DNA from: Scyliorhinus canicula
Taxonomy: Eukaryota
Length of the DNA: 64,000 nt
NCBI RefSeq assembly: GCF_902713615.1
Contig: NC_052160.1
Location: forward strand, 137,682,737 to 137,746,736
Direction: 5' to 3'
In this document: positions 49,805 to 60,689 of the stretch, piece by piece
Layout: each line of letters opens with the position of its first letter
Position numbering within the stretch: position 1 is the first letter of the stretch
The notes under the pieces: generated by a model
The model's database searches: none
Told to the model about the DNA's origin: nothing
The model's input: the letters and a program-made list of their open reading frames with translations, nothing else
Program-made: the position numbers and the translations under genes

Positions 49805-51445
49805 CCGGGGCATTGCCGTGTCCGGGGCATTGCCGTATCCGGGGCATTGCCGTATCCGGGGCATTGTCGTGTCCGGGGCATTGCCGTGTCTGGGGCATTG
49901 TCGTGTCCGGGGCATTGCCGTGTCCGGGGCATTGCCGTTTCCGGGGCATTGCCATGTCCGGGGCATTGCCGTGTCCGGGGCATTGCCGTATTTGGGGCAT
50001 TGCCATTTTTGGGGCATTGCCGTTTCCGGGGCATTGCCGTGTCCGGGGCATTGCCGTGTCCGGGGCATTGTCGTGTCCGGGGCATTGTCGTGTCCGGGGG
50101 CATTGCCGTGTCCGGGACATTGCCGTGTCCGGGGCATTGCCGTGTCCGGGGCATTGCCGTGTCCGGGGCATTGCCGTGTCCGGGGCATTGCCGTTTCCGG
50201 TGCAATGTCGTTTCCGGGGCATTGCCGTTTCCAGTGCATTGCCGTGTCCGGGGCATTGCCATTTCCGGGGCATTGCCATTTCCGGGGCATTGCCGTGTCC
50301 GGGGCATTGCCGTTTCTGGGGCATTGCCGTGTCCGGGGCATTGCCGTGTCCGGGGCATTGCCGTGTCCGGGGCATTACCGTGTCCGGGGCATTGCCGTGT
50401 CCGGGGCATTACCGTGTCCGGGGCATTGCCGTTTCCGGGGCATTACCGTGTCCGGGGCATTGCCGTTTCCGGTGCATTGCCGTGTCCGGGGCATTGCCGT
50501 TTCTGGGGCATTGCTGTGTCCGGGGCATTGCCGTGTCCGGGGCATTACCGTGTCCGGGGGCATTGCCGTGTCCGGGGCATTGCCGTGTCCGGGGCATTGC
50601 CGTGTCCGGGGCATTGCCGTGTCCGGGGCATTGCCATTTCCGGGGCATTGCCGTTTCCGGGGCGTTGCCGTGTCCGGGGCATTGCCGTGTCCGGGGCATT
50701 GCCGTGTCCGGGGCATTGCCATTTCCGGGGCATTGCCGTTTTTGGGGCATTGCCGTTTCCGGGGCTTTGCCGTGTCCGGGGCATTGCCGTGTCCGGGGCA
50801 TTGCCGTTTCCGGGGCTTTGCCGTGTCCGGGGCATTGCCGTGTCCGGGGCATTGCCGTGTCCGGGGCATTGCCGTGTCCGGGGCATTGCTGTGTCCGGGG
50901 CATTGCCATGTCCGGGGCATTGCCGTTTCCGGGGCATTGCCGTTTCCGGGGCATTGTCGTTTCCGGGGCATTGCCGTGTCCGGGGCATTGCTGTGTCCGG
51001 GGCATTGCCATGTCCGGGGCATTGCCGTGTCTGGGGCATTACCGTGTCCGGGGCATTGCCGTGTCCGGGGCATTGCCATGTCCGGGGCATTGCCGTGTCC
51101 GGGGCATTGCCGTGTCCGGGGCATTGCCATGTCCGGGGCATTGCCGTGTCCGGGGCATTGCCGTGTCCGGGGCATTGCCGTTTCCGGGACATTGTCGTTT
51201 CCGGGGCATTGCCGTGTCCGGGGCATTACCGTGTCCGGGGCATTGCTGTTTCCGGGACATTGTCGTTTCCGGGACATTGTCGTTTCCGGGGCATTGCCGT
51301 GTCCGGGGCATTACCGTGTCCGGGGCATTGCCGTTTCTGGGGCATTGCCGTTTCCGGGGCATTGCCGTTTCCGGTGCATTGCCGTGTCCGGGGCATTGCC
51401 GTTTCCGGGACATTGTCGTTTCCGGGGCATTGCCGTGTCCGGGCC
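49805..51445. repeat. 17-bp GC-rich minisatellite CCGGGGCATTGCCGT(G/T)T, ~95 units, in gene C intron 1
   Basis: Directly visible. The 17-bp period explains the long repetitive ORFs in all six frames. Confidence 0.96.
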
Positions 51446-53060
51446 CTGGTTCGATGCCGGATGGTCCGTTCCTTTTTTGTGTTTTTCTAGCGGTTGGATA
51501 TCACTGAGTGGGGATGGGCCATTTCAGAGGGCGTTTAAACGTCAACCACATTGGGGCTGGAGACACATGTGGGCCAGACCAGGTCAGGATGGTAGATGCA
51601 GATTTCCTTCCCTAAAGGGCATTAGTGAACCAGATGGGTTTTTAACAACCATTGACAACGGTTTCATGGTCATCATTAGATTTTTAATTCCAGAAATTTA
51701 ACTGAATTTAAATCCCACCACCTGCCGTTGTGGGATTCGAACCCAATTCCCCAGATCATTGTCCTGGGTCTCTGGATTACACATCCAGCGACAATACCAC
51801 TACACCACTGCCGCACAGGGGTAAAGAAACACAGACTCTGGGCCAAAGGAGGGAAGGTTGGAGGGGTTGACCAAAAGCTCCGTCAAAGGGATGGGTTTTA
51901 AAGAGGATCCTAAATGGGGAGAGGGAGTTGGCGAGGAGGAGGGGTTTAGCGATGGAGATTCAAAACTTTCGATCTGATTGAAAACTCAGCCATTAACAGA
52001 GGGGCAAAGGGAGGAACCGATGCACTTGTTTCGGAGGATTGGAGAGTTCTCTCAGGGAGGGGGATAATGGAATATCGGAGGATATTACAGGAATGAGAAC
52101 AGATGACAACAATTTGCAAGATCTAGAGGTCCACATGGTACTGAAGCCTGCCACCCAGGGACAGCAGCAGGAATAGAATCCATCATATGTTCCATATCTG
52201 AAGTAAAGAAAAGGGAGGAGGGTGGGGACTAGGACAGTGGGGATAGTACTTTCTGAGGGCAGATCAGTTACAATGATGGGCTGTGTAGTTTCCTTCTGTC
52301 TTGTGAAATCCTGTGGTTCCCTCATGGAAATTGAATATCATCTCAGGATACTGATTAAACCCATCACTTCCCAACATGTTGAGACATTTTCATGTTGCAG
52401 AAATCCTTGCCTGCACCCTCAACTATCTTTCCCTGCCATACTATCTACTGAATAAGGTAACACCCTCATTTCTGACCAATTATCATCATTTCGGAATATA
52501 CTTTACCTCTTTGATTGAGGAAATGTGGCTGTGTTTCACAAAGGATAAAAGATGTGGTGACAAACTTCTGGGGCCGAAAGAAATTTCTTGATTCGTCCAG
52601 AATTTTGCTTCACATGAGCCAAGTCTTGATCTTTAAACAATGTTTATCAGGTTGGGAAGGGTAAAGAGGTCGCAGTCCGTTGTTGAGATTCTATAATAGA
52701 GGCCATTCCTTCTGCTTGTGATAACACAACGGAAGAAAGGATAATAATCAAAAAGCAGAACACATTATTATTTTAAGAGAATGCAGGTTTAACGTGGATA
52801 GGTTTGGGCCCATTGCTCAGTGCCTGGGAGAGATGTACCTGCAGAATGTGCTTCTCTCTCCGTGCCACATCCTTCAGCAATGGCAGCTGCCCCACAACAC
52901 ATCCAGTCACCAAATGTATCACAATGCCAAGGTGGCAGCTTCCTGGGTGGTAGCAGCTGTCAGGATTGGCTCATTCCTGAAGGAGCAGGCCCAATTCTTC
53001 ACACGCACACATACAAGCACACTCACACATACTCTCCCTCTCACTCCCGAACAGACACAC

Positions 53061-53714
53061 TGGCCGGGATTCCCCGGCCCTGCGGCGGGTCGGAGAATCC
53101 CAGGGGGGGAGGCGCGAATCCCGACCCACCGCCCCGACGCTGGCTGCCCTATTCTCCGGCGCCGTTTTTCAGGGGCCGGCGGGATTCCCGCCACGCCGGT
53201 CAGGGGGCCATTGACAGGCCCCTCCCCCAGTGATTCTCTGGGCCCCGATGGGCCAGGTGGCCGTAAAGTTTTCCCAGTCCTGCCGGCGTGAATTACTCAC
53301 CTCACGCATAGCGGGACCTGGCAGGTAAGTGTGCAGGGGCGGTTCTGGGGGCAGGGTGGTTCTGACCCCAGGGGGGGGGGGGCCCCACGGTGGCTTGGCC
53401 CGCGATCGGGGCCTACCGATCTGCGGGCGGGCTGGTTCCGTGGGGGTCCTCTTTCCTCCGGGCCCCTGTCAGGCTCCGCCATATTGCCCGGGGGCCGGCA
53501 CGGAGAAGGGAATCCCCGCGCATGCGCGGAAATACGCCAGCCATTCTGCGCATGCGCAAACTCCGGCTGGAGCTGTGGGGCGACTCCGGTGGCAGCCTAG
53601 CCCCCCAGAAAGGTGAGGATTTTCTCACTTTCGGGGGCTGCTGACATCGGAGTTGTTGGCGCCGGTTTTCCCGCCGGTGTGGGGACATAGCCCCATTTTC
53701 AGAGAATCCCGCCC
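53061..53714. mobile_element. MITE with GGCCGGGATTC / GAGAATCCCGCCC inverted ends
   Basis: Imperfect terminal inverted repeats and a GC-rich non-coding interior. Confidence 0.7.
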
Positions 53715-53856
53715 ACTGACTCTCTCACTCCCATTAACACACACACACAATCTCACTGCCTCACACACACACACATCTCTCATGTGCACACACTTTCTTT
53801 CTCACACACACCACACACCACACACACTCACTGGCACACTTCCACACAAACACAAG

Positions 53857-53992
53857 GGGTGGGATTCTCCGTCCGTGGGATCCTCCGCTTCGCCGGCAGC
53901 GCACTCACGCCCCCGTGATTTCCCCATGGCGTGGGGGGGTGTCCACAACGGGAAACCCCATTGGCCGGCTGCCGGGACGGAGAATCCCGCTC
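53857..53992. mobile_element. Short MITE within a (CA)n-rich tract (53720-54135)
   Basis: Ends GGGTGGGATTCTCCGTCC / GGACGGAGAATCCCGCTC are inverted repeats. Confidence 0.72.
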
Positions 53993-54174
53993 AAACTCTC
54001 ACTTCCTGACATAAGCACACTCTCGCTCCTTTACGCACACACTTATCCACACACACTCTCACTTCCTGACACACACACACACACTCTCACACACGCACCC
54101 CTCCCACTTCCTGACACACACACACACACACCATCGTCATCCTCTTCCTCCCAAACTCCAACCTCCATTCCGAG

Positions 54175-54401
54175 TGATGCACGATCAATTGTACAAAGAC
54201 TCAGATTGGGTACAACTGTGGCTTTATTGCAGTAAGATGCGTGGCCTCCTACAGCAGCTGGCGAAATGGCAGCTGCATAGAGGACACACATATTTATACT
54301 CCTCTTCCTGGGCGGAGCCAGCAGGCAGGGGCTACCAGCGAACCTGTAATACAGGTCCTACCTTACATCCCCTAACACAGGTGTAACAATGGTTCACCAC
54401 A
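54175..54401 (-). mobile_element. Solo LTR related to the Gypsy LTR at 39066
   Basis: TG...CA with a 5-bp direct repeat CCGAG. Termini TGATGCACGATCAATT / TTCACCACA are the reverse complement of termini resembling those of the 39066-39330 LTR. Confidence 0.8.
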
Positions 54402-55309
54402 CCGAGGCCTTGCAATGAGCCTCTCCTCCCCTGCATCTCACAATCTGTGTCTCCTCCCCGGGGCCTCCTCACTCTGCTCCCCATTCCCGTTTGGAGGTGC
54501 CGGAGTGGTATTCCGGTGTGCTCCAGCATCATTACATCACTAACGGAAGAGGAAGATGATAAGGGAGTTGTGGGATTCTTGAATTTTAAATAGGAGTATT
54601 AAATACAAAGTGTGAGGAGTTATGTTAACCCTTCACTTCTCACTGGTTAGGCCTCTGGGGTTAGGTACTTGTTCAACTCTGGGCAACACACTTGAGGGAG
54701 GAGGTCAAGCCCCTGGCGAGGGCACAGGGCAGATTTACCAGGATGATACCAGGGATGTGGCAGTTTGGTTATGTGGGCAGATTGGAGAAATTGGGATTAT
54801 TGTCCTTAGAGCAGAAAAGATTAAAGGGAAATTTAATAAATGTATTGAAATTGAGGAAGGGTCTTAAGCAGCAGGTGGAGAGTAATTATTTCCTCTGGCT
54901 GGTGGATTGGTAACAAGAGATCATAGAGTTAAAATAGTTGGGAGAAAAGCGAGTGGATAAATGAGAAGTTATTTCACACATTAGGCTGTTATTATCTGGA
55001 ATACACCAACTGGAATAGTCATGGAATAAGATTCATAATTCATAAGATATAAGAACAGAATTAGGCTATTTGGCCCATCGAGTCTGCTCCACCATTCTAT
55101 CATGGCTGTCATGTCCCTCATCTGCTATCTACAATGTTACAGACCAAGAGCGAGATTGCAGAATCAGCCGGAGCATCTCCTCCCTGGAACACACGACCTC
55201 GGGGCCGGAGTGGGGAATTTACCCTCCCGAGCCCAACACCCTCAATGTGATCGTGGCTGATCCCATCCTGGCCTCAATTCCACCGTCCTGCCTGTTCTCC
55301 ATAACCCTT

Positions 55310-55583
55310 TGATGTGACCATCAATTCACACAAAACCAGGAGTAGAGGTAAACTGTGGTTTTAATCAACTAGAACAGTGCCTGCCTGCAACTGGTCTGCT
55401 ACTGAGAGCCGCTTACAGGGCGACTGCTCTTTATACCTCCCCTCAGGGGGTGGAGCCCACACAGGCCCCAACATGCTACATTATAGGTAATACCTTACAA
55501 TGGTCCATAGGTGGAGCCCACATGGGCAACAGCATAATACAGTAAGACACATGGTGAATTATTCCTGCAATACATTCACCACA
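55310..55583 (-). mobile_element. Solo LTR of the same group, inserted in a reversed CR1 3' end (55030-55705)
   Basis: TG...CA with a 5-bp direct repeat CCCTT on both sides. Confidence 0.8.
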
Positions 55584-55704
55584 CCCTTCAAACCCATTAC
55601 CAATTAAAAATCTGTCTAACCCCTCCTTAAATTTACTCCAGTATCTGCATCCACCGCACTCTGGGGTAGCGAATTCCACAGATTCACAACCCTTTGGGAG
55701 AAGT

Positions 55705-56935
55705 AGGGTGGAATTCTCCCCCCCCCCCCCCCCCCCCCCGCCACGCCGCCACGGCACCCGCACGCGATTCTCCCACCCCCCCCCCCCCCAAACCGGCATG
55801 GCGAGATTCACGGCTGGCCGCTGGGAGAATCGGCGCTCACCGTTTGTAGCGAGCGAGCGGCGATTCTCCGGCCCGGATGGGCCGAGCGGCTGCCCCAACA
55901 TGACAGGTTCCCGCCGCCGCCGTCCTCACCTGGTCGCTGCCGGCGGGAACAGCGCGGGAACACTGGGGGGGGCAACCTGTGGGGGGGGGGGGGGTCCTCA
56001 AAAGGGGTCTGGCCCACGATTGGTACCCACCAATCGGCGCGCCAGATCTCTGAAGGAGGACCTCCTTTCCTCTGCCGCCCCGCAAGATCCATCCGACATC
56101 TTCTTGCGGGGCAGACGCGGGGAGGTTGCACTCGCACATGCGCGGGTGACGTAATTTACACGGCGCAGCCGCGTCATTTATGCGTGCAGGGCCTTGGCAT
56201 CGCGTAAATGACGCTGTGCTGCTCCTCGCCCCCCCGGGAGCGGGAGAATAGGGGGCTGGGAGCCGCCAGGAAATGCACCTCGCATTTTGAAATACTGGTC
56301 CGATCTTTCTGCCCCCGCCCTGCACACTTTCAGCCTTCCCCCCCCCCCCCCCCCACTCCTTTTCACCCTTCTAACCCCAACGTTGGGGAGGTCATTGGAA
56401 ACACCCTGTCACCCCTCCTCCACCTGGTAAGGCTCCACTGGGCCTGATCGCCATCAGTGTCAATCTGCTACCTGGACACGCTGGTACTGCCAGCCTGGCA
56501 CCCAGGCAGCGGCAAGATGGCATTGCCAAGGTGCCAGGGTGGGAGGGTCAAGGTGACAGGCTAGCAGAGGGAGTTCCAGGGTATCACCCTGCCCTGCCCC
56601 CAACCACCCAGGGGTCTCTAATGGCTGGGAGCAGCCACCCACCCCCCCCCCCCCCCCCGCCCCCACCACCCCACCCCGGGTCTGTTTTGCCTGATCCACG
56701 TTTGTGGAAACCAGCTCTAAATGGCGTCCTGACGAAGATCTCCCAGGAGTGGCCGTTACATCCCGAGTGCTGGGAGAATCCGGCAATCGCCTAATGGCTC
56801 ATTTAAATATACCGATCTGGGTCACGCGCAGCGAGAGCGAGATCCAGATCGCGACGTCTCGTGAGATTCCGTTGTTTCCAGCGTCGTAAATCTCACGAGG
56901 GGCCTCTCGCAGGATTCAACGGCCTTTTTGGGCCC
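55705..56935. mobile_element. Adjacent MITE-like elements
   Basis: GGAATTCTCC-type end. 56270-56930 matches 28340-29040. Confidence 0.55.
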
Positions 56936-56941
56936 AACAAG

Positions 56942-57294
56942 GCCGCTGAATCACAGAAGCCCTACAGTGCAGAGGGAGGCCATTCGGCCCATTGACTCTG
57001 CACCGGTTCTTGGAAACAGCACCCTACTTAAGGCCACGCCTCCACCTTATCCCCACAACCCAGTAATCTCACCTTACCTTTTGGACACTAAGGGGCAATT
57101 TAGCACGGCCAATCCACCTAATCTGCACATCTTTGGACTGTGGGAGGAAACCGGAGCACCCGGAGGAAACCCTCGCAGACACGGGTCGAATGGGGCAAAC
57201 TCCACAGAGACAGTCACCAGAGGCCGGAATTGAACCCGAGCCCCTGGAGATGTGAGGCAGCAGTGCTAACCACTGTGCGGCTGTGCCATCCCGA
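56942..57294 (-). mobile_element. V-SINE (paralog of 29047-29398)
   Basis: Near-identical sequence and flanks. Confidence 0.8.
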
Positions 57295-58065
57295 ATCACT
57301 CCCCCAAGCTTAAAGAAGCTGATAATTACAATATAAAGTTAATGTGAGGATGATTTTTGAATTTTAAATAAGAGTAATAAATGCAAAGTGAGGAGTTATG
57401 TTAACCCTTCACTACTCACTGGTTAGGTACTGTGTTCAACTCTGGGCAACACACTTGAGGGATGAGATCAAGCCCCTGGCGAGGGCACAGGACAGATTTA
57501 CCAGGATGATACCAGGGATGTGGCAGTTTGGATTTGTGGGCAGATTGGAGACATTGGGATTATTCTCCTTAGAGCAGAAAAGATTAAAGGGAAAAAAGTA
57601 TTGAAATTGAGGAAGGGTCTTCTGCAGCAAGTGGAGAGTAATTATTTCCTACGGCTGGTGGATTGGTAACAAGAGATCATAGAGTTAAAATAGTTGGGAG
57701 AAAAAACAGTGGGTAAATGAGGAGACGTTATTTCACACATTAGGCTGTTATCATCTGGAAAACACCACCTGGAATAATCATGGAATGAGATTCCAGAGGA
57801 ACTTTCCAAAGGCAGATAGACATACATTTGAAGGGGACCAATGTGCAGGGTTTCGGGGGGGAGCTGGGGTGTGGGATTAAATTGGACAATAAATTTTCCA
57901 GGAGCTGGCACAGACATGACGGGCCGAATGGCCTCCTTCTCTGCTTTAAGGTTCTTGATTCCAGTCCCACTCAGGATTTGTGTGTGTCCCCTTGTGAAAG
58001 GATTGTCTAAAATTCATTGTTGGGATATTTCCAGCTTTCCTAAAACTTAATGTTTCCCCCAACAG

Positions 58066-58395
58066 CTTCACAGACACGGACGGCTCCGATAGTGATGAGA
58101 GCTGCAGTGGGAGAAACCATCACAGTGGGATGTCCACAGGCAGAAAGGTACAAAAGAAACTATGTCATCTGGTGGTGCAAGGTAATTTCAGGAACTCGGT
58201 GCGATCAGATATCGAGCATTGATGGACAGACAGTCAGAAACGATTATCGAGGAACATCGATTACTGATACCAATGGCAAGATATCAGTAACCATACGACA
58301 ACTTGAAGAGAAAGATACAGGAACATACTGGTGTGGGCCACATGATAATGGTGTAACCCATATTTCAGATGTTATATTGCTGAAGGTTTTCACAG
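58066..58395 (+). CDS. Gene C exon 2, Ig domain D1
   Basis: CCCCCAACAG| acceptor and CAG|GTAAGA donor, 330 nt, open. IWWCKVISGTRC..DTGTYWCG. Confidence 0.92.
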
Positions 58396-58967
58396 GTAAG
58401 AATATTGCAGAAGATTGATTCTAGCGTTGATAATGTGGTTGGGCTGCAGTAACACTGCTGCTGTGTGAGCTCAGACTATGAAAGGATTATCACAGTTCCT
58501 TATGTGCAAGTAAAGGCCTCCCATCCTCCCATTTCTCCCCATTTCCATTAACCTCTCTAAACATATTTCCCCCTTACCCATCGACAAACCTAACATCATA
58601 TTCCATCCAAACCTGTTTTTTAAAATTATTTTACGGTATGTTGGCATCGCTGACTAGACCAGCATTTTTATCCCTAAGTACCCTTAAGAAGGGGGTGTTG
58701 AGCACGATAAAGGTGCTGGAAAAAGCATTGACCGACCAGAGCAACCAAATGGTCGCCCTGGAGGCTGAACTGAAGAGGTTGCTGGCGACCCAGGGGAGCC
58801 GGATGGGGAAGGTCGAGGACCAAGAAAATCAGTCGAGGTGACAGAACATTTGAATAGTGGACCTGGCGGAGGGAATCGAGGGCAGGGACCCGACCGACTA
58901 CATGTCCCAAATTCTGATTAAAGCCACGGTTTACTTCTACTCAGGTCTCGAGTGAATTGATGGTCGC

Positions 58968-59445
58968 ATCACCAGGTTCGATTCCCGGCTTGGGTCACTG
59001 TCTGCGTGGAGCCTGCACGTTCTCCCCATGCCTGCGTGGGTTTCCCCCGGGTGCTCCGGTTTCCTCCCACAGTCCAAAGGTGAAAATGAAATGAAAATCG
59101 CTTATTGTCACGAGTAGGCTTCAATGAAGTTACTGTGAAAAACCCCTAGTCGCCACATTCCGGCACCTGTCCGGGGAGGCTGGTACGGGAATCGAACCGT
59201 GCTGCTGGCCTGCTTGGTCTGCTTTAAAAGCCAGCAATTTAGCCCAGTGAGCTAAACCAGCCCCTTGTGCAGGTTAGGGGGATTGGCCATGCTAAATTGC
59301 CCCTTAACGTCGAAAAGATTCGGTGAGGTTACGGGGTTACGGGATGGGGTGGAGGTGTGAGCTTAAGTAGTTTGCTCTTTCCAAGGGCCGGTGCAGACTC
59401 GATGGGCTGAATGGCCTCCTTCTGCACTGTAAATTCTATGATACT
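58968..59445 (+). mobile_element. V-SINE with a nested reverse SINE of the second family (~59085-59265)
   Basis: The central domain is interrupted after CAGTCCAAAG and resumes at GTGCAGGTTAGG. Confidence 0.75.
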
Positions 59446-60040
59446 ATGTAAAGCCCAATACTGTGAATAGAACATTCTAAATCCCATTCAATGGTTTTCC
59501 TGCTGGAAAATCTGGAGTCTTCCATATTTCTGAATATCTATTTCTTCCATCATCCAAAATCCACGCTAACTTTAGAAGAAGCAGCTTCGATATTAATATC
59601 TGTTTTTGAGCTGGTTTTTTACATGTTTCTTCATAACCTACAACTAATACAGTACATCCCCTCGCCCCCCCCCCCCCCCCATGCCCTCTCACCCCCGCTA
59701 CCCCGGATTGCAGCATTTGTCTTCCCCATCTGGAGTCATTTTCTGCCAACTGTCCCCACAATTCCCCCCCCCCCCCCATAGCCCGCACTTCTGGATTACA
59801 TCAGGTTTCTGCCTTCATATCCACCCTCCCCTTCTCCTCCTGCCTCCCTCTCCTCCACCCCACCCCCTTGACTCTCCATCCCCCATTATCCATCCACCTT
59901 TCCACCCTTTGTCCACACTCATTCCCTCCCTGCCTTCTCTGTTGCTCCGTCTCTTCCCACCACCCTCCCAGCCCTGAGCACGCAGGTCGCAGGGAAGGCC
60001 GGAACCAGAAATAACCGAGAAATAGCCAGAAATAGTCGAG

Positions 60041-60667
60041 TGTTACTGGCCAGGGTTGAGAGAACCCCAAAATGTAGCATGGAGTTCACCTGACCCACAA
60101 CTTTTAATAGATTGTGGTATGGGGAGCACACGGCCCACTCAACAGGTGTGGTACAGCAGAAATGGAAAAGTATTTTTTTAAAGCAAAACAATGTTTATTC
60201 TGTGAACTCAAGTTAACCTTTTTGAAACATACAGTGAACATCTTAGCAACCATTAATTCAAATACAACCCCCAAAGACTACAACACTAACTAATCCTTAA
60301 TAACTTTCCAAACAACATCCAGAAGACCCAAAAAACACCTTTTAACAGAAGGTTTACATTCACTACTGAGAATATTTATAATTCTGAATTCACCAAATGA
60401 TCAAGAGATAGTCTTTTCATGGCAGAGAGATCAACAGTATAGCTGCTCTGTCTGGCTTCAGTTCCAACACAGAAAACAAAACTAAAACACACGATGCAGC
60501 AAACAGCCTAAAACAAAAGTAAAAAGCTGACAGGCAGCTCAGCTCCACCCACTCTCTGACATCACTGCAGTAGCAAACACCCATTTCTTAAAGATACTCT
60601 CACTACAGATATTTATATGCATACCCATTTATAAACATCCATTTCTTAAAGGTACTCTCACATGACA
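60041..60667 (-). mobile_element. LTR (minus strand), possibly the 3' LTR of the Gypsy element whose gag lies at 63480-64000
   Basis: TG...CA, reverse AATAAA at ~60195, related to 45862-46461. No flanking direct repeat was found. Confidence 0.6.
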
Positions 60668-60689
60668 CTATCCTTTAAGAAATGCACAC

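Larger units (their letters stand above)
49030..58395 (+). other. Gene C, partial model: join(49030-49069,58066-58395,...); downstream exons not in window
   Basis: Leader and D1 are intact and in phase. Intron 2 homology runs to ~60000 and is then replaced by retroelements. Confidence 0.75.

Noticed and set aside
49665-51701. 678-aa, 567-aa and other repetitive ORFs
   Set aside because: These are translations of the 17-bp minisatellite, open in most frames on both strands.
51990-53000. Short ORFs in unique-looking sequence of gene C intron 1
   Set aside because: I recognised no domain, no paralogous counterpart and no convincing splice pair, so I left it unannotated.
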